Assembly: GCA_900088475.1 (NCBI GenBank)
Contig: FLMG01000727.1
Location: 1-64,000 of the forward strand
Reading direction: 5' to 3'
Origin: Hyphochytrium catenoides
Lineage: Eukaryota > Protista > Hyphochytriomycota
Length of the DNA: 64,000 bases
This document shows positions 37,202-47,687 of this stretch, in pieces (the stretch's first letter is position 1; each line of letters opens with the position of its first letter). The translations under genes and the position numbers were made by a program. The notes under the pieces were generated by a model, which was not told the origin of the DNA, did not search any database, and worked only from the letters and a program-made list of their open reading frames with translations.

Positions 37202-37669
37202 TCGAGTCAGTGGAATCTGAATCGTGAGGCCCCACATCTCCCTTCCGATCCATTGCAGGGAGATATCGGGGTGCAAGGTAGTCCCTGTGCTACATAGTGC
37301 AGATAGAGGAGAGTGATAACGCAATGCGGCGGAGACAGTACGTTAGTTGTCCAAAGAGTAAGAAATCGTGCTGGAAAGCGGGTCAAGGTGCTATCATTAA
37401 GAGAAGTAGGAGCCGAAGTACTAATCAAGGGCCCTAGAAAGTGTAAGGATACACGCAAAGGGCAGACATGAGGATAGAGGACACTAAAGACCTGAGGGAC
37501 TTCAGCAAGAGGCATAATATATATATGTAATTTGCAAGAACGATTGTACTGTCTTTGGCGGCATCCAGCCAAGGAAAGGAGGAGGCAGTGGGCCGAGGAC
37601 AAGACTTCCAAAAGTTCCCACCATAGAATGCTCAGGGCGGGTAAGAGGAGATCAAAAGATACTCTTTGT

Positions 37670-39786
37670 TCACCTCTTTGCGACTTGAGCTACTACTGAT
37701 ATCATGGCGGCACCAGCTTCCAGTGTCCCGCATGCAATAGAGCCTCTGAGAGAGTTAGAATCCAAGCCCCAACGGTGGTCTGCAAAAGGGTCATCGGGAA
37801 AGAGGCGCTGCAAGGAAGAAGTGAGGAGATCGGAGGACGCGACTGCATTGGGGAGTATCCCACTGGAGGAGGGGGTACGGCGATACAAAGTAACCAGTGA
37901 AGAACCATTAAGAGAACCTAATAATTGCAAAGACCACATGCCAGATATCACGTAAAAGTCCTAGGATAGGACACTTCCGGGCATTGGTAGGTAGATCTTA
38001 CCTGCGCTTCCCTATTGATCTTATTGAGTCCTGCCTTTAGCTTTTTATGAGGGAGATGGTCAAGATTGGAGGACGAGAGCTTGTTGCTCTTTGTTGGGCT
38101 TCCACTGGGTTTCCCTATGGTCATTTTGGCACGAGTCAGTCAGCATACCCTCGTACCGCTGGGATCGTATGAATACTTCTTCCGACCGCTTTCCTCTATT
38201 GCCGTTCCTCGTGTGGCTTCCTTTCGCCTCCTCGTCTACTCCTTTGTACGTGAAGGGATCGCTAGATGCCAGATACTTTTGCCTCTGAACTTTCCACCTA
38301 CCCGGGGTCTGTGGAGTGCCAGATCCAGCCTTCACCAGCTCTTCTCCTCGCTTTTCTTCTGTCTTGAGGGGCCCTTTAAGGTCTTGTTTGGAGTCCTTAC
38401 GTCCGCTATCCGTGGGTCGGCCGGAGGATTGAGCCTTGACTCTAGCCTGAGAAGACTTACTCTTTTTTAATGAGGAGATCGGAGAAGAAGTGAGAAGGCT
38501 GGATAGATTCGCAAAGTAGCAACGGGTACACAGAAACCATCAAGCGCTGATTTGGCACAATAAAGATAGATAATATCCAGGACCCTGCATCCTGAGCCAG
38601 TTATGCCGAGTTGTTGAGAACGCTCGAAGAAGCCAGGGTAACTCACCTTTCCGGCGACCAGCTTTTGTCCCGGCTTCAATGGTTTGCCATTGCTGGTCTT
38701 ACTGCCAGTGCGTGTTGGAGCAGCCCTGCGCTCTGTAGTCTGGGACCCGACCTTGGCGACGGTCTTCAATTTGGCTGCATGCTTCTGTGGCAACGTAAGT
38801 ATCAAGTTCTGGGTGTGAACGAAGTGGAAGCTATTACTTTGGTGATCGGCTACACAAAACTGGATATTCGCTCGAGTCTAAGGCGTCTAGTCTCTCTCTA
38901 TCTAAAGTCTCATTCCTTTTCTGATTCTCGTTCCTCAAACTCTCGTTCGGTGTAACATTTCTCTCGCTCCCTTGAGCGTCCTAACTCTCCGGCGCATCGT
39001 CTTCGGTTCCTATATCGGCTCCATCCTTTGGGCCGTAACGACATAAATCCGGTGACACTTTCTCTGTTGCCCAGGCCATCCACTTACATGGCTAGCTCCT
39101 ATCCTAATCGTTGCAGGCCGCTTTGTGGGAGCAGTATGTGCACGAGACCCCTTCGTTGTAGTCGGCTTGAGCTCAAGCTTACCGTCACCGTTGCCCTTGT
39201 TAGACTTGAGCACTCCAGTCTCTGTTCTCTGATTCTTAACCATAGAAGTGTCCTTCTTCGCGCCAGTCTCCATATCTGGTGACAGTTCATTTGCTCTCTT
39301 GCTCTCGCTGGGCACACCCTCCTTGCTTTTGCAATCATTGGCCTCTTCCTCCTTGCTTTTGCAATCCTTGTTCTTTTCGCTGGCTTTTGCCTCTTCCAGA
39401 AGCCGAACTCCTTCCCGCTTGGGAGAGCTCTGCATGCTACCTGGACCACTAGGCATTCCTTTCGCACTTGGCATGGCGTCCTTCACTCCCTTCTTCAAAG
39501 CTGCTTTGGGGGCATGGTTGGCAGTGTTTGCTTTAGTTGAGGCCTGATTCTTGGGAATGTTTACTCTAGCTGTAGGCTTTGCCTTTGCCTTGACTGGCCT
39601 GGGGGTTGAAACTTTCGGCATGTTGCTAGTGCTTGCTGGAACATTGACGGTAGTTTGACTAGAGGTACTAGTAAAAGGGGAGCCACTGGTAGAGAGAATA
39701 GGGGATTGGGAGGTAGTAGGTGGACCTGTCAGAGGTCTCACTGTTGGATCAAGGGAAGTGTTTGTGGCCCCTGGACCCTCCGCCAT
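37670..39786 (-). CDS. Hypothetical Lys/Thr/Pro/Ser-rich low-complexity protein; multi-exon
   Basis: Same-strand ORFs 39010-39795, 38467-38805, 38060-38335 and 37670-37951 have compatible composition and splice donors (e.g. CAT|GTAAGT, AAG|GTGAGT). No recognisable domain; the 3' end is uncertain. Confidence 0.5.
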
Positions 39787-40841
39787 AATGGACAACAGAT
39801 AGTCAGTATGGCCCTGTGCTAAGTTGCACTCAGCTTCGGCACTTACTGAACCGGATACTAAGCATAGAAAATTATCGTTTATACTTCAACAATGACTAGC
39901 ATAGGGTCTAGTACATGATGTTAGGGGAAATACCAGACATTATTGGAGTGAGCCTCATGGTAGAAGCTGCCAACGACGCTGTCGAGGGAATGAAGCGGTC
40001 TCTGGACTTCACCACTCGTCCCCTTTCAACTGCACTCATCATCTACTTCATCCCTTTCGCTCTTCCCCTCTTCCACTGCCCTAAGCGATGTTTGTCCTAG
40101 AAAAGACTCAGATACACTTCCAACAATATGGAGCTGGATAGTGTATAAAAGAGAAAAGGAACGATAAGACTAGTAGGTATCTGTGATCATGAAGTACGAC
40201 AAAGAAAGGCTTCTTTCAGCAAGCAAGAGAGAAGGAAGGAAAGAGTAAAACCGAGTAGTAGCGAGACACGAAGGCACAGAGATAGAGAGGCGAAGGGCGA
40301 GGACGAGGAAGGCGTCAGGAGCCAAGCCATAAAGAGGTCGTCGTAGGCTGGCAGCGAGGGCAGGCCGCTGGGCCATCAAGCGGTGTAGGATCCCTAAGAG
40401 CCTTCGCCTTTGTAGAACCAGACCAACCAAACACCAGAATGTAACGGATTCCTGGGTGACGGCGTTAAGAATTATGTACCGGAATTTACTTTCTATACCG
40501 GAGGGAGCTCTTCTGATCACGAATACTCCCAACGTCCTCCACCCACCGATGAAGATCCTAACTGTCATAGTTCCAAACCGATAAGCCTTAAACTACCTAC
40601 CCATCCACTATTACTCCAGGGGGAGGCCTCAAAGAGAAATCATTCGCATCCCAATTCTGAAGATTTGAGGTCTCCGTCGCACGCCTCCCGTCGAAGAAAT
40701 GTTTACTCTCCTCCATCTGGCCTTCCTAGTTCTCTGGAGCTAGTGGTCAGCAGGGACTCAGTCAGTCTCATACATCAGAGTCTCTCTCAAACTTGACTCT
40801 CCAAGGATCGCGGCTAGTGGTGTTTTGATAATACTCTAATA

Positions 40842-43800
40842 ATGGCTAAGGGGAAGATTGCGAAGGCTGGAAGGCGTCGGGAGGCTAGTGCTATACCGGC
40901 CCCTGGAGCGTTAGGTACCACCGTCGAATTTCTGACGTTGGATGCCATTCATGAGAAGCTGCGTCATCTGCTTCCCTCGGGTGAATTTGTTCCCGACAGT
41001 ACCCATATTGAGTGGATGTTGGGTAACAACATCCTTTTCGCAAGAAAACGATACAATGACCCTCACTGGCTGGTCGTTTCTCCAATGAGGAGATGACTGC
41101 TAAGCTCTTAGCCAGCATTATTCCCAAAGAGTCACTGCGCGAGCTTCATTATAGGGCTGACGTCCTTGAAGATCCGGCTGCGATGCTTGCTCTGGGTGAC
41201 TGCTACTACATGAAGCTAAAATGGCTTCCAGACAGGGATATCGTCCGCGGCAATACTTATACCCATCAGGCTGCGATGCTTGGCAACCCTGAGGCAATGA
41301 CACACGTGGCCTTTCTGACACATATCGCAATTAACACAATGCTTCAGCCGGTAAAGTACATGGCACTAACGTAGGGGTACTGTTATTCCTGGACTCTTCT
41401 ACTCTCCTCAACCCGCTCAGCCAACCGTCAAATCGTATGTCTCGTCTTCCTATAGCCCGGTGTTGCCTCTATCGTAATGAGACGCTTATTGTTATGAAAT
41501 CGTCTTCCTCACCCACTCTGCGTTTCTTCTTTACATCTTTGACGTGTGACATGGAGCTTCCTGCTGTTTTTGACTTCGATCGTGGTCTTCGCGTTCTCAC
41601 GGGCCTCGTTATGCCTTTCTCGTGATATAGGGCCTTCTTCCCCACTCAAACGAAGCTCTTGATCCAATACCACCTGCTTGGCGATTGCACCCGGAAGTCC
41701 GCAGGCATATGGAAGATATGTGGGGGTATTTGGAACACGCTGCGGCAGCTAACTGGATCTCTCCATTCCTGCTAAGAGAAACCCAGCAGGCCATCAGGAT
41801 GGGCTCTTGGACCCCGAGCCCTAAAATCATGCAGATAATGGCGCAACGCCAGCGAGAGGTGGAGGAGGAGAAGGAAGTGGCACAGCGAAAACACATTCAT
41901 CGCTGTTCGAACACGGGTTGTACCTTAAGGGCTGACAACACCGCGAACATGAAGACCTGCTCTAGGTGTCGCAATGCAAAGTATTGTTCAAAAGCATGTC
42001 AGCTAGCCCATTGGAGGGCCGGACATAAACGAGAGTGCAAACCGGCCTTGACAAACAGTGAAGAGAGGCACGTCAATACTTCCATAAGCAGCTCAAGAGG
42101 TTCTGAAGAAGAGAATAGCGAAATGAAAGCAGAACATAGCGATGACGAAGATGACATTCTCCTCTCAAAGCCTGGCTCAAGTATGATGTCAATAAACCTG
42201 GCGAACGGCCAGAAAATGGATCTTCGATCTACCACCATGGACTTAGGAGCTCTGCGGAACGCGCTAAAGAGAGAAGATACAGAAGCTCATCGTCGGCGCA
42301 TAGAGTCGAGGACGCGACTCCAACAAAGCGGGGCGTTGAATGTGTCCGTCCAGGATCTTCAGGATCATGCGGAACTGGAGATAGAAAGAGCGCATTACTC
42401 TCGAGCAGCTCGCTCGCTGACGTTCGCCATAGATAAGCTTCATGTGGACAATCCCGTGTACGGAGTGAATAGTGATGAGCGTAAGCAATACGCGAAGTTG
42501 CTCCTTCGGCGGGCTTGGTGCAACCTGAAGGCTGCCGAGGCGTGTCGATCAATTCCCCTAGTTGATGTAGTGATAGAGGATTGCATCTTCGTCCTCCACA
42601 CTGGGACGTTTGAAGCGAAGGATCTCTCAGAGAAAGCGTTGGCTGAGTTCCGAAGTATTGAAGAGGAAGGTGAAAAGTTGCTGAAGACCCTACAGAGAGA
42701 GGAGAGTGAAATGTTAACGGACAGTCCAAAGGAGGCACCGGAAGAATGCTTGGAAACGAAGACTGAAGAGACTAGTCGGTTGAATGGTGAACAATATCAC
42801 GAAGTAGTAGTCGAGGAATCCTCCTTGGACTCTTCCTACAATGATGGTCAGGCCCAAAGCGCGGCTTTGGCTGTACGACGTGTAGGACGGCGTGGTGACA
42901 GATTGCAGAGGGAGAGAGAGAGGAGACGAAGGCGGCAACAAGAGGAACGAAGACTGCAGCGTCGTAACGCCAGTAGTAGTCCTGGCGGAATGGCGAGACA
43001 AGAGAGACTTAAAGCGGTGTTCCCAGCTGAAGAGGAAGAAGATTTGAAGGACTTGGACATGATAAGCTGCCTGGACATTGCGGCTGCAGGTTGTGCCATC
43101 AATGCCTCAAGCAATGAGGAGTGCTGTCCCATCTGCCAGACAGAATGGGGCCAGTTTATAGAGCCTTCCCTAGCAGTCGTCCTTCCGTGTGGCCATGCAC
43201 TCTGTGCGTCTTGCCTTTCGCGCTTCTACGCTGAGTGTCAAAAGCCATTGGATAGTGATTATGCCGGAGATGATGCCTACACGTTCTTTTCCTGCACCAT
43301 TTGTCGAAGACGCCTACCTCGTCGCCTGCTGGAAGAAATGGCTGCCATTGTAGTAGAGCAGCAGCTGGTAAACTCCTTCTCCTTACTCTCAAACCATCTA
43401 CCGGTCAGCGTGATAGAAAGAGAGCGGTTGCTCCAACACTTGTTGGTGCAGCACTCCTTCGATGTGGTCAAGGTGGAGGATGTGCTATTTAATATGCTTG
43501 GGCTGCTTACCGACCCGAATACTAGCTCCGAGCTGACCACTGAGGATAAGCAGGAATTCTATCAGATCGCCCGCGCACCTGTGCAGAAGCTTCAGGATGA
43601 GTATGTGCAGCTTCGCCAGAAGCTATCTAGTGTCCTGGACACAAGCACCAGAAGCTGGAAGCTCAAGTATAAGAAGCTTACGAACCTTCGTCATCGGCTG
43701 GCTGAAGCGCGTCTGAATGCCGCTAAGGATATCTTTGAGCGGATGAACAATGCAGGAGGTGAGGGAATGGGCAGGCTGGAAGAGGATAGAGAAACGGGTT

Positions 43801-44108
43801 GTGTGAAAGGAGTGCGAGACATCCACGTCGACCTTCATGGGCTGCATGTAAGGGAGGCTAAGGAGATACTACTGGAGTTTGTCCTCCCAATTCTCCCTGT
43901 GGTCCGGAAGGTCGTTCTTATCACCGGCAGAGGTGCTCACAGTGAGGCAGGCGTAGGTGTGCTGAAGCCGGCCTTAAAAGAATTTGTGAGAAACTTTGAG
44001 GCCGAGTGCAACAGTGACGAGCTGCACAAGCTCCTGGGACAGCGGCTTGTCTGTGAGGATGTCATGCGGAATGATGGACTTTTAAAAGTTCGACTGGCCG
44101 AGTGCTGA
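40842..44108 (+). CDS. Sel1-like repeat / MYND finger / TPR / RING finger / CUE-like / DUF1771-like / Smr multidomain protein (~965 aa, 3 exons)
   Basis: Exons 40842-41022, 41112-41350 and 41631-44108 join in frame. Sel1: DPAAMLALGDCYY...QAAMLGNPEAM. MYND: CSNTGC...CSRCRNAKYCSKACQLAHWRAGHKREC. TPR-like: YSRAARSLTFAI...LLLRRAWCNLK. RING: CPIC...LPCGHALCASC...CTICR. Smr: VDLHGLHVREA...LITGRGAHS...LKPALKEF...NDGLLKVRL. Confidence 0.9.
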
Positions 44109-44243
44109 CCCTCGTGGTAGATGTGGAACGCTGCGTGTCTATTAGAGCATAAAGCCCCTCAAGATTATGGCAAGGACTGTCAATTGATAAATAGAACTCT
44201 TCGTCATATCACAGCGAACTGGCAGTCTGGCTGTCCCGTTTGT

Positions 44244-44300
44244 TTCATTGACTTAGGAACATGCTTCATTGACTTGAAAAAGATGCTTCATTGACTTAGA
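44244..44300. repeat. Short tandem repeat, 3 copies of TTCATTGACTT at 21-22 bp spacing
   Basis: Copies at 44244, 44265 and 44287, downstream of the RING-Smr gene. Confidence 0.85.
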
Positions 44301-45838
44301 AAGACAGAAAAAGAAAAGAAGGGCTGAGTCCTTTCTTAGATAAAGCAGGGTCAAAATGAAGACAGTTGAGACCAGAAAGGAGAGGCATTTTAGTCTCTCG
44401 TGGCCAGTGGAGCCCACCCCGTTTGTCCCTTTTCCTATTGTCAGAGTAGTAAGTTGGCTCCTAATCTCTCCTCCATCTCAACCCCGAGTACCGCTGTTGC
44501 CATCAAGGAAGGTAAGGGGTTCTGTCAAACCCAACTTCCCCGCTGCTCTGAGGAAAAGAGTGACCTCTATTACCACTGCTTAACTGGCAGCCGCAAAGGG
44601 CATGTGTCACTCCTACTTCCGCATCGAGTAAGAGAGATACGTATATGGTGAGATGGCTTTCAGTCTTGAAGTGCGAAGCTGTTGGGCTTGTGGCCCTTGT
44701 GTTCCCTGCTATAAGGACCATAAAAGCCGCAAGCGACATTGATTCGGGCACGGGGATCAAAGAATTTGAAGAACCAAACAGGACGAAGCACTTGGAACCT
44801 GTGAGAGCGCGATAGGCTTTGCCGAGCGGTAGCCTATCCGTACGAAGCTGAGTGCTCAACAAACTTTATAATAAGAACTCTGGCCGACCTCTCCAAGAAG
44901 CTCAGCAGAATCCGCCAGACCTTGACTGTCATAAGGGGAGGAGGCGTCTGAGCTCGGAGCTCAGAGCTCGGAGATGGAAGATTGGCAAGTGGCTAAGAAA
45001 GAGCTCACAGATGGTCTCTGAGTACTGGGGTAGGTCTGAAGTGAGGCACGTTCTTGAAAAGGAGAAGGGGTAAAACGCACTNNNNNNNNNNNNNNNNNNN
45101 NNNNNNNNNNNNNNNNNNNNNNNNNNNNNNNNNNNNNNNNNNNNNNNNNNNNNNNNNNNNNNNNNNNNNNNNNNNNNNNNNNNNNNNNNNNNNNNNNNNN
45201 NCACACTCTCTCTCTCTTCTGCCTCTTTCTTTCTGGTCTCTCTCACCTCTCACCTCGCTCTAGACTCGAGGAACTATTCTGCGGCGTTACCCATCGGACC
45301 TCACTCCTCTCTTTCTTCTCCTCATCGGCATCGACGGGGTAGGAACTAGTACATCTCTCTTGCAGACCAGCTTGCAAGCAACAGCTTCTTTCTCCTTCGT
45401 CCGTCTTATGTTCCCATCGTTCTCAATCTCTCTATAAACTCATCTCGGTCCTTGGCTGGGCTGGAGTAAAAAACCGGGCCCCGGGACAGCGACCGCTACG
45501 CATCTGCTCACCCGCTTGCGCCTCAAACCTCTCTATTCTTAACTTCTTCTAGCTTCTATCGCTTGTTATCGTGACTCCTCTGCTGTCCTGACCCTCCATG
45601 TAAAGCTCCCTTCACATATATCGAGTCAGAGCGAAGAAGAACTTTGGCCACAGCTCTATACAAACGACAAGCTCTTCTTCATCACCTCGCCACCGATTCA
45701 TTTCTTCTTCAGAGTCTTCCGGTACTCAGTGATCTCTTCCTTGTAATCTCTCTCTCTCTCTCTCCTCTCTTTTTTTCTTTCTCTAGCTATCTATCTCCGG
45801 CGCCATCTGTCCACTGGCTGTTCCCCGTTTCGAGAAGG

Positions 45839-47600
45839 ATGAGCTTTAGCGACTTTCATGGCACTACATCGAGTTCCCAAGGCTACCGAGGTACCTTGGA
45901 CAACAGATCCATTGCCTCCACGGTTGTACCACCCATCACAAATGCTGGTATAGTCCTTCATCGTGCCTCTCTCTCCAACAGCGTTGCCTTCCTTTTCAAC
46001 AGCCGCAGAGAGTTCCTAGCGCCCTTGCGTCGCTCCGCATCTCGCCTTCTTCCGTCACTCTGTGCAATCTTTTCTTCCTCTGCTCTATTCTCCATCTTCC
46101 TGTCCGCTCCTTCTCGCTTTTTCTTCTCCCTACATCTCCTTATCCAAACCTTTATCTGTCGGTTTCTTTCGTCTGTGAGGGGTTTGTCCCAATGTCAAAC
46201 TTAGTTCGCTGTGTGATCCAGGGAGACGGACGTCCACAACCGGAGAGTATGAGGAGCTGATGCGGGAGATCGGTCGGAAGATGCAGCAGTATCAGCAGCA
46301 GATGATGGCAGTAGAGAGGCTGGGAGCCAACACTAGAGCACCTACCGGTATGGGAGACACTAACATCTACCCTTCTGTCTCGTTGCTACCCTTCTTTCCG
46401 CCACCACTCTATCGACAGACGTTCTCAGCAAACCGTCAGTTTGTTTACTCAGCCTGCGGCTGTCCAGACATCGTGTTGCCTCTTCGCCAACTTTTCTAGC
46501 TCAATCCGTCCTCTGACACCCAAGCTTTCACTTGTCACAGCTAGTTCGGAATCAGAACTCCAGGCAAAAGTCGATGCCACACTTCGGCTGCAAGGTGAGA
46601 TCGCAGCGCAACTGTCAACCCCGCCACCAGAGAAATACCGGACTCAACACAAGAAGGTAAGACGAACAGAGGAGGAGGGCCTCTTGGTAGTGGGCAAGAT
46701 GTGCGATAGAGAAGGTCGAGACACAGGGAGGACAGAGGGAGAAGACCACCACACGTAAGAGTAAGGTGCGAAAGATGGCGTCCAGTTCCAGGCAAGGCTA
46801 GGACAGCCAATATGAGGGGATACTCGAGGAACAAGACTGGAAGCGGTCAATGATGCATCGAGCTAACGCAAAGAATTACTCTTAGCTTTCGCGCGATTTC
46901 GAACAAATCGTTTTGATGTTTCAGAAGATGTGGCTCTCCATAGAGCGAATGAGAAGCTCAAACTACCAGGATCTCGACACTACGAGCGACCAAGGTTTGC
47001 ATATCCCTCTGGCCCTTGATTGTTTCGCGACCTAGTCCATCTTCCCTTGTGATTGCTAGCTGCTCTAAATACATTGGCAAAAGTCTTTGCTTCGCTATCT
47101 ATGTGGACCGGCTCCTCCTGGAGATCGGGCTCTTGGAGGATCCCTCACGTCCCTTGCGTCTCTTAATCTTTACCAGATGTGATAAGCGCTGAGGAGATTC
47201 AGTTCCGAAAGCTTGACAACGACATCTCACATCACGAGGCACTGATCAGAGAGAGAAACCAAGAGCTAACTGAGATTCATAAGTCAATTGTAGAGGTAGA
47301 TTATCCCTAATGTTTCTCTTCCTTTGTCTCTTCTGGTGATGGGCCAATGATGGGCCACTTCTGTGTCGACATCCGTGTCACTAAAGCTCTCTTTGACTGA
47401 CCGGTCTTTGACACCCTTCATTTAATCTCTCACTAAAGGTGAACGGCCTTTTCAAGGACGTCGCTCACCTGGTCCAGAGTCAGGAAGAGCAAATAGATAC
47501 GATAGAAAACTATGTCGCGGACGCCCGGGACCGAACGGCACAGGGTCTACAGCACGTGCGAGAAGCAGCAGAGAACCAAAGGACATGCGTCATACAATAA
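45839..47600 (+). CDS. Qa-SNARE syntaxin (syntaxin-7/12/Pep12-like) lacking a TM and ending in CaaX (CVIQ); 6 exons, 227 aa
   Basis: Exons 45839-45890, 46222-46347, 46541-46656, 46886-46994, 47177-47295 and 47439-47600 join in frame. Hc helix: QHKK|LSRDFEQI. SNARE motif: ALIRERNQELTEIHKSIVE|VNGLFKDVAHLVQSQEEQIDTIENYV...QGLQHVREAAENQRTCVIQ*. Confidence 0.88.
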
Positions 47601-47687
47601 AGGATCTGCCCTTGACTACCCTAGGCCTCCCAATCAAGATTTGATGATGCTTCACTTGGGTTCTGGGTGACGTTGAGAACCAACGCT

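Noticed and set aside
41072-41111. Apparent overlapping stop/start (ATGA) or frameshift between ORFs 40842-41096 and 41093-41374
   Set aside because: Explained by an ordinary GT-AG intron at 41023-41111 that joins the frames.
44244-44300. Possible mini CRISPR-like array
   Set aside because: The core is only 11 bp with 10-11 bp related spacers and three copies, in a eukaryotic context with no cas genes.
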